Shown in pieces: positions 58,811-64,000 of a stretch of 64,000 bases of DNA (position 1 is its first letter; every line of letters begins with the position of its first letter). Origin of the DNA: an uncultured Gemmiger sp. Its GTDB lineage: Bacteria; Bacillota; Clostridia; Oscillospirales; Ruminococcaceae. The notes beneath the pieces were generated by a model. The model was not told the origin of the DNA, ran no database searches, and saw only the letters and a list, made by a program, of their open reading frames with translations. The position numbers were made by a program, and so were the translations under genes. The DNA is taken from positions 851 through 64,850 of the forward strand of contig CALWNO010000008.1 in assembly GCA_944382785.1 (NCBI GenBank), in the 5' to 3' direction.

Positions 58811-60556
58811 TCACTCCATCATCATCTGGACAACACCGTGCTGGCAGTCCAGAGAAATGTTCATCCCATCGTGCAGGGTGCGGGTGGCGCCCAGAGCACC
58901 GACGATGACAGCCTTACCCAGGGTCAGCGCTACAATAGCAGCATGGCTGTTGGTGCCGGCTTCCTCGGTGATCACACCGGCAGCCTGGCGGATATAAGGC
59001 AGCATGTCGTTGTTGGTATGGGGAACGACCAGAATCTGACCGGCCTTGAACTTGGTGGCCACTTCGGCGGCGGTGCGGCAGATGCAGACTGTGCCCTTGG
59101 CATTCTGGGTGCCGATGCCCACACCGGTCAGCAGGCTGTCGCCCACCAGGTGAACCTTGATCATGTTGGTGGTGCCGGAAACGCCCACGGGAACGCCGGC
59201 GGTCACCACTGCCATGCTGCCGGGCTGGACCAGACCGGCGTTGACAGCGCATTCCACGGACATGCTGATCAGTTCGTCGGTGGAGTTGGCGTAGGGCATG
59301 ACCAGCGGGGTAATGCCCCAGTGGATGTTCAGCTGCCGCTGTACCCGCTCGTCCAGAACGCAGGCCGCGATGGGAGTGGCGGGACGGTACCGGCTCAGCA
59401 GGCGAGCAGTCTCACCGCTCTTGGAAACGGTGATGATGGCGCTGGCATGGATGTCAGAAGCGGTGGTGCAGGCGGCATGGCACACTGCGGCGCTCACGCT
59501 CAGACGGCTTTCGTCAGCCTGGGCATGATGAACCAGGCTGTTGTAGCTGGCATCGGCCTCGGTGGTTTCAGCAATGGCGACCATGGCCTTCAGGGCAGCC
59601 ACGGGATACTTGCCGGCAGCGGTCTCGCCGCTCAGCATAACGGCAGAAGAACCGTCGTAGATGGCGTTGGCAACGTCGGTGATCTCAGCACGGGTGGGGC
59701 GGGGGTTGGAGATCATGGAATCCAGCATCTGGGTGGCGGTGATGACCACCTTGCCGCTGGCCATGGTGCGGTCGATCAGGTGCTTCTGGATGGAAGGAAT
59801 TTCCGCAAAATCGATCTCCACACCCATGTCGCCGCGGGCCACCATGATGCCATCGGCCACGGCCAGGATCTCGTCGATGTTGTCCACACCTTCCTGGTTT
59901 TCGATCTTGGCGATGATCTTCATGTTGGAATGGCAGTCATCCAGCAGGTGACGAATCTCCATGATATCGGCAGCGCAGCGGGTAAAGCTGGCGGAAACCA
60001 GATCGAAGCCCTGTTCGGCACCGAAGGTGATATCCTGCTTGTCGCGCTGGCTCATATACGGCATGGACAGATGCACGCCGGGAACGTTGACGCCCTTCTT
60101 GGTCTTGATGACGCCGTCGTTCTCCACCACACAGCTGATGTCGGTATCGGTGACATTCTCAATGCGCAGGCTGATCAGGCCATCATCCAGCATAATGTGA
60201 CCGCCGGGCTGCACGTCATGGGGCAGCTCCTTGTAGGTGATGGAGCAGATTTCATTGGTCCCTTCCACCTCACGGCTGGTCAAGGTAAACTTCTGGCCGG
60301 TCACCAGCTTTTCGGAACCGTTCTTGAAGGTGCCCAGACGAATTTCGGGGCCCTTGGTATCCAGCATGGCAGCAACCGGCTTGCCCAGCTCGGTGCGCAG
60401 AGCTTTCAGCTTTTCAAAACGGCCGCGATGTTCATCGTAGTCACCGTGGGAAAAGTTGAAGCGCGCCACATTCATGCCATTTTCAATCAGTTGACGCAGC
60501 ACATCGCCCTTATCGGTAGAAGGGCCCAGAGTGCAAACAATCTTCGTTTTGCGCAT
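58811..60556 (-). CDS. pyk: Pyruvate kinase with a C-terminal PEP-utilising mobile domain
   Basis: RKTKIVCTLGP, ARFNFSHG, DTKGPEIR, KIEN, MVARGDMGVE, MLSGETAAG; C-terminal ITEEAGTNSHAAIV. Confidence 0.98.
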   Translation of the reverse strand: MRKTKIVCTLGPSTDKGDVLRQLIENGMNVARFNFSHGDYDEHRGRFEKLKALRTELGKPVAAMLDTKGPEIRLGTFKNGSEKLVTGQKFTLTSREVEGTNEICSITYKELPHDVQPGGHIMLDDGLISLRIENVTDTDISCVVENDGVIKTKKGVNVPGVHLSMPYMSQRDKQDITFGAEQGFDLVSASFTRCAADIMEIRHLLDDCHSNMKIIAKIENQEGVDNIDEILAVADGIMVARGDMGVEIDFAEIPSIQKHLIDRTMASGKVVITATQMLDSMISNPRPTRAEITDVANAIYDGSSAVMLSGETAAGKYPVAALKAMVAIAETTEADASYNSLVHHAQADESRLSVSAAVCHAACTTASDIHASAIITVSKSGETARLLSRYRPATPIAACVLDERVQRQLNIHWGITPLVMPYANSTDELISMSVECAVNAGLVQPGSMAVVTAGVPVGVSGTTNMIKVHLVGDSLLTGVGIGTQNAKGTVCICRTAAEVATKFKAGQILVVPHTNNDMLPYIRQAAGVITEEAGTNSHAAIVALTLGKAVIVGALGATRTLHDGMNISLDCQHGVVQMMME

Positions 60557-60604
60557 ATCTCAATTTCTCCGTTTCCAATAAGTGTATCCTTTATATGCGT
60601 GCTT

Positions 60605-60633
60605 ATTATAATACAAAACTTTTGCCTCGACAA
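60605..60633 (-). promoter_or_regulatory. Sigma-A-type promoter of pyk-luxS
   Basis: Minus strand TTGTCG-17-TATAAT. Confidence 0.65.
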
Positions 60634-60702
60634 GCCAAACACAAAAAATTGCACAATTTTTTACTCATTTTTTTGAACTATCCATCTAAAACCGGTCGTG
60701 GT

Positions 60703-60731
60703 TTTACTTTTTAAGGAAATTCATGTATAAT
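60703..60731 (+). promoter_or_regulatory. Sigma-A-type promoter of deoB
   Basis: TTTACT-17-TATAAT. Confidence 0.65.
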
Positions 60732-60789
60732 AACCCGTATAGTGCAGGGGGAAACTTTCTGCGCCGCTTTACAATTAAGGAGAAACACC

Positions 60790-61968
60790 ATGGCAAAACG
60801 TGTGTTCTTGATCGTTCTTGACAGCTTTGGTATCGGGGCCGAACCGGACGCCGCAGCCTTCGGGGACGCCGGCACCAACACTCTGGCAGCCATTTCCGGG
60901 CATCCCGCCTTCCGGGCGGACCGTTTGGCCGAACTGGGGCTGTTCAACATCGACGGTGTGAACTGCCGTCCCGGGGTAAAGGCGCCGGTGGGTTGCTTTG
61001 CCCGTCTGCGGGAAGCCAGCTCCGGCAAAGATACCACCATCGGGCACTGGGAAATCGCAGGTTTGCTTTCCCCGAATCCGCTGCCGACTTTTCCCAACGG
61101 ATTCCCGCAGGAAGTGCTGGATGAATTTACCGCCCGCACCGGCTATAAGGTCCTTTGCAACAAACCCTATTCCGGCACCCAGGTCATTCATGATTACGGG
61201 GAAGAGCATCTGAAAACCGGTGCGCTCATTGTATACACCTCGGCGGACAGTGTGTTCCAGATTGCGGCCCATGAGGACCTGGTTCCCATCGAAAAACTGT
61301 ATGAAATCTGTGAGGTTGCCCGGGAGATGCTCAAAGGCCCTTACGGTGTCGGACGGGTCATTGCCCGGCCCTTCGTGGGCACCTGTGCGGAGGACTTCAA
61401 GCGTACCTCCCGGCGGCATGACTACTCTCTCAAACCGCCGGCAGATACCATGCTGGACAAGCTCCAGGCGGCTGGAATGCAGACCATCGGCGTAGGCAAG
61501 ATCCACGACATCTTCGCCGGTCAGGGTGTGGGCGAGACGATCCGCACCAGCGGCAACACCGAAGGGCTGAAAGTCACGATGGAACTGGCTGACCGGGACT
61601 TTACCGGGCTGGCTTTCGTCAACCTGGTTGACTTTGATATGCTGTACGGGCATCGGCGGGATGTGGCCGGGTATGCCGCGGCAACGGCGGAATTTGATGC
61701 CTGGCTGCCCGATTTTATGCAGCGTATGCACCCGGATGACGTGCTGATGATTACGGCCGACCACGGGTGTGATCCTTCTTATACCAAGACCACCGACCAC
61801 ACCCGGGAATATGTGCCCTATCTGGTATACGGACCCGGCGTACGGCAGGGCGTTGACCTGGGTACGCGGTACAGCTTCGGCACCATTGCCGATACCGTCT
61901 GTCAGGCGCTGGGCGTGCAAGCGGACATGGCGGGATGTGGTGTCTGGAATGAGATCAAACAGCGCTGA
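60790..61968 (+). CDS. deoB: Phosphopentomutase
   Basis: VFLIVLDSFGIG, SGKDTTIGHWE, YTSADSVFQIAAHE, RVIARPF, FVNLVDFDMLYGHRRD, ITADHGCDP, DHTREYVP. Confidence 0.97.
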   Translation: MAKRVFLIVLDSFGIGAEPDAAAFGDAGTNTLAAISGHPAFRADRLAELGLFNIDGVNCRPGVKAPVGCFARLREASSGKDTTIGHWEIAGLLSPNPLPTFPNGFPQEVLDEFTARTGYKVLCNKPYSGTQVIHDYGEEHLKTGALIVYTSADSVFQIAAHEDLVPIEKLYEICEVAREMLKGPYGVGRVIARPFVGTCAEDFKRTSRRHDYSLKPPADTMLDKLQAAGMQTIGVGKIHDIFAGQGVGETIRTSGNTEGLKVTMELADRDFTGLAFVNLVDFDMLYGHRRDVAGYAAATAEFDAWLPDFMQRMHPDDVLMITADHGCDPSYTKTTDHTREYVPYLVYGPGVRQGVDLGTRYSFGTIADTVCQALGVQADMAGCGVWNEIKQR

Positions 61969-61993
61969 AACAAAGACCCGCAAAGGAGTTCTT

Positions 61994-62809
61994 TTGCAGA
62001 TTTTTTTATATCTTCTGGCCGGAGTGATGCTCTTTTACTCGGTCATGCTGGTGGTTACCAGCAACTTTAATATGGGCAACCTGATCGTCTGGATTCTGAC
62101 GGCAGCCTGCTGCGGATATGCTCTGTGGCACCGACAGTTGAACGCCTGGTTCACCGGTTCACCGGTCGGGCGGGTGGTACTGGGAATCCTGGTCTGCGGG
62201 GCGGTGTTTTATGCCGGTATGCTGGCCTTTGTGGCGTGCAGCGGCTACGCCAATCCGCCCGCCGGGGATGAGAAGGTTGTGATTGTGTTGGGGGCCGGTC
62301 TGCGACGGGATAAACCCAGCCTGCTTTTGCGGTACCGTCTGGACAAGGCGTTTGAATTTGCCCAGGCCCATCCGGATGCCCTGGTGATCACCACCGGCGG
62401 GCAGGGAAGAGACGAGTGGGTGCCGGAAGGTCAGGCCATGCGGGATTATCTGATCGAAAAGGGATTGGACCCGGACCGGGTGGTGGCGGAGACCAAATCC
62501 ACCTCCACCGAGGAGAACTTCGCTTTTGCCCGGCAGATTCTGGAGCAACGGGGCATCGACACATCCCAGCCTATCGTTTATGTGACCAATGCTTTCCATT
62601 GTTACCGCGGCGGCAAATATGCCCGGATGGCCGGGTTTACGGATATTGCGGCGCTGCCGGCGGGCATTCCGTTGCGCAGCATTCCCACCTGCTATCTGCG
62701 GGAAGTATTCGCGGTATTGTATTATTGGGTGTTCCGCTCTTCCGAAAATGGTCTGATGCAGAACATGGTCGGGATCTTGAGCTTGAACAAAAAATTCTTT
62801 TATAAGTGA
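61994..62809 (+). CDS. YdcF/SanA (DUF218) family membrane-associated protein
   Basis: N-terminal TM helices, IVLGAGL, RLDKA, TGGQG, E..AM..YL, STSTEEN, VTNAFH..R; TTG start after AAGGAG inferred (alternative ATG 61949). Confidence 0.85.
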   Translation: MQIFLYLLAGVMLFYSVMLVVTSNFNMGNLIVWILTAACCGYALWHRQLNAWFTGSPVGRVVLGILVCGAVFYAGMLAFVACSGYANPPAGDEKVVIVLGAGLRRDKPSLLLRYRLDKAFEFAQAHPDALVITTGGQGRDEWVPEGQAMRDYLIEKGLDPDRVVAETKSTSTEENFAFARQILEQRGIDTSQPIVYVTNAFHCYRGGKYARMAGFTDIAALPAGIPLRSIPTCYLREVFAVLYYWVFRSSENGLMQNMVGILSLNKKFFYK

Positions 62810-62812
62810 GCA

Positions 62813-62848
62813 CAGGATGCCGGCCGGGAATTCCCGGCCGGCATCCTG
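62813..62848. repeat. Perfect 36-bp intergenic palindrome
   Basis: CAGGATGCCGGCCGGGAA|TTCCCGGCCGGCATCCTG. Confidence 0.95.
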
Positions 62849-62869
62849 CCGAGGGAGGAAGCAAGGAAA

Positions 62870-63631
62870 ATGCAGGTACGTTATTACAAGGAATACAGTC
62901 ATTGCCTCGGGCGTGATATGGAGTTCAAGGTCTACGGCCACACCGGTCGCCCGATCATGATCTTCCCCTGCCAGTGCGGGCGCTTTTATGACTGGGAGGA
63001 CCGGGGCATGTGCAACATTGCCGCGCCCTGGATTGACGCGGGCAAGCTGCAGATCATCTGTGCCGACAGCATTGACGGGGAAAGCTGGGACAATCCCGGT
63101 CCCTGCCGCCCCCGGATTGAACAGCAGGAGCGTTGGTACCATTATATCTGTGACGAACTGGTTCCCCGCATCCTGGAAATCAACCGGGAAAACGGTCCGG
63201 ACCATACCGGCCGTATCCTGACCGGCGGCGCCAGCATGGGCGCGGCCCATGCTGTCAACTTCTACCTGCGCCGCCCGGATCTGTTCAACGGTACCATCGC
63301 CCTCAGCGGCATCTATTCGTCCCGCATGTTCTTCGGCGATTATATGGATGATCTGGTGTATGCCAACAGCCCCTGCGATTATATGCGCAATTTCCCGGCC
63401 CAGCATCCGTATTATGAGCTGTACGCCAAGGCGGACAAGTTCATCATGTGCTGCGGCCAGGGTGCCTGGGAGGATGAACTTCTGGCCTCTACCCGGGAAC
63501 TGCGGGATATCCTGGAAAGCAAGGGCATCCATCCCATCGTGGACATCTGGGGAATGGATGTTTCCCATGACTGGCCCTGGTGGAAAAAGCAGTGGCCGTA
63601 CTTCCTGGATATGATCCTGGGCCGTCCGTAA
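62870..63631 (+). CDS. Putative esterase (alpha/beta hydrolase, PF00756-like)
   Basis: LGRDMEFKVYGH.GRP, GASMGA nucleophile motif, CCGQGAWE, HDWPWWKKQ. Confidence 0.88.
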   Translation: MQVRYYKEYSHCLGRDMEFKVYGHTGRPIMIFPCQCGRFYDWEDRGMCNIAAPWIDAGKLQIICADSIDGESWDNPGPCRPRIEQQERWYHYICDELVPRILEINRENGPDHTGRILTGGASMGAAHAVNFYLRRPDLFNGTIALSGIYSSRMFFGDYMDDLVYANSPCDYMRNFPAQHPYYELYAKADKFIMCCGQGAWEDELLASTRELRDILESKGIHPIVDIWGMDVSHDWPWWKKQWPYFLDMILGRP

Positions 63632-64000
63632 TCAAAACCACCGGCTAAGCCGGTGGTTTGAGTAAGCCCTATAAGGGCATCGTACTAGCAAAGCCCCTTG
63701 AGGGGCCACGAATGGGTCTGCCAACTGCATTCCTTTCTCGTGGCAGGCCCCTCAAGGGGCCTCTTTGTTATGCCTTGGTATTCTTGCCACCCGTAAACGG
63801 GTCAACAAATTCTTTGAGGCTCATCTGGTCTGCTATCTGGTCTTGTTGCAGTTGGTTTTTGATATATTCCTCAATGCGCTTTTTGTTTTTGCCTACTGTA
63901 TCTACAAAATACCCTCTTGCCCAGAAATGCCTGTTTCCATACTTGTACTTCAAATTTGCGTGCCTGTCGAAAATCATCAGACTGCTTTTCCCTTTTAAGT
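63630..64000 (-). mobile_element. IS200/IS605-family (IS200 group) insertion sequence, truncated by the window edge
   Basis: tnpA C-terminus plus a downstream end region carrying four hairpins. Confidence 0.92.
63768..64000 (-). CDS. tnpA: IS200-family Y1 (HUH) transposase, C-terminal part
   Basis: Frame open to the window edge: LKGKSSLMIFDRHANLKYKYGNRHFWARGYFVDTVG..IEEYIKNQ (catalytic Tyr in EEYI). Confidence 0.95.
   Translation of the reverse strand, partial: LKGKSSLMIFDRHANLKYKYGNRHFWARGYFVDTVGKNKKRIEEYIKNQLQQDQIADQMSLKEFVDPFTGGKNTKA

Overview
A 64 kb GC-rich chromosomal segment from a clostridial Firmicute; the gene order and protein style suggest an Oscillospiraceae/Ruminococcaceae-like gut anaerobe (inference). 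Most of it is core genome: cdsA-dxr-rseP-ispG-polC, lysA, mnmA, rnhA, rnj-gdpP-rplI-dnaB-tilS-hpt-ftsH, rluA-type, radC, hpf, recQ, uvrB-uvrA, pta, luxS-pyk and deoB. Accessory parts are a decayed XRE-HTH/membrane-protein pair, a MATE pump, a YtrA-type GntR/ABC cluster with a duplicated permease+extracytoplasmic module, a hybrid histidine kinase, a six-gene polyamine operon, a beta-helix-like lipoprotein, a frameshifted ArsC/Spx-family gene and an IS200-family tnpA cut by the window edge. The two strongest leads are non-coding. (1) A ~360-nt hairpin-rich leader (45298-45660) lies between a sigma-A-type promoter and the polyamine operon; it ends in a perfect intrinsic terminator whose 3' arm is also complementary to the leader's 5' end, making it a candidate attenuator, riboswitch or ncRNA that I cannot match to a known family. 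(2) A ~260-bp transposase-less, seven-hairpin element (58016-58275) shares its right-end architecture with the IS200 end at 63630-63767, a candidate non-autonomous IS200 derivative. All calls come from reading the sequence and ORF track; no database search or RNA folding was run.
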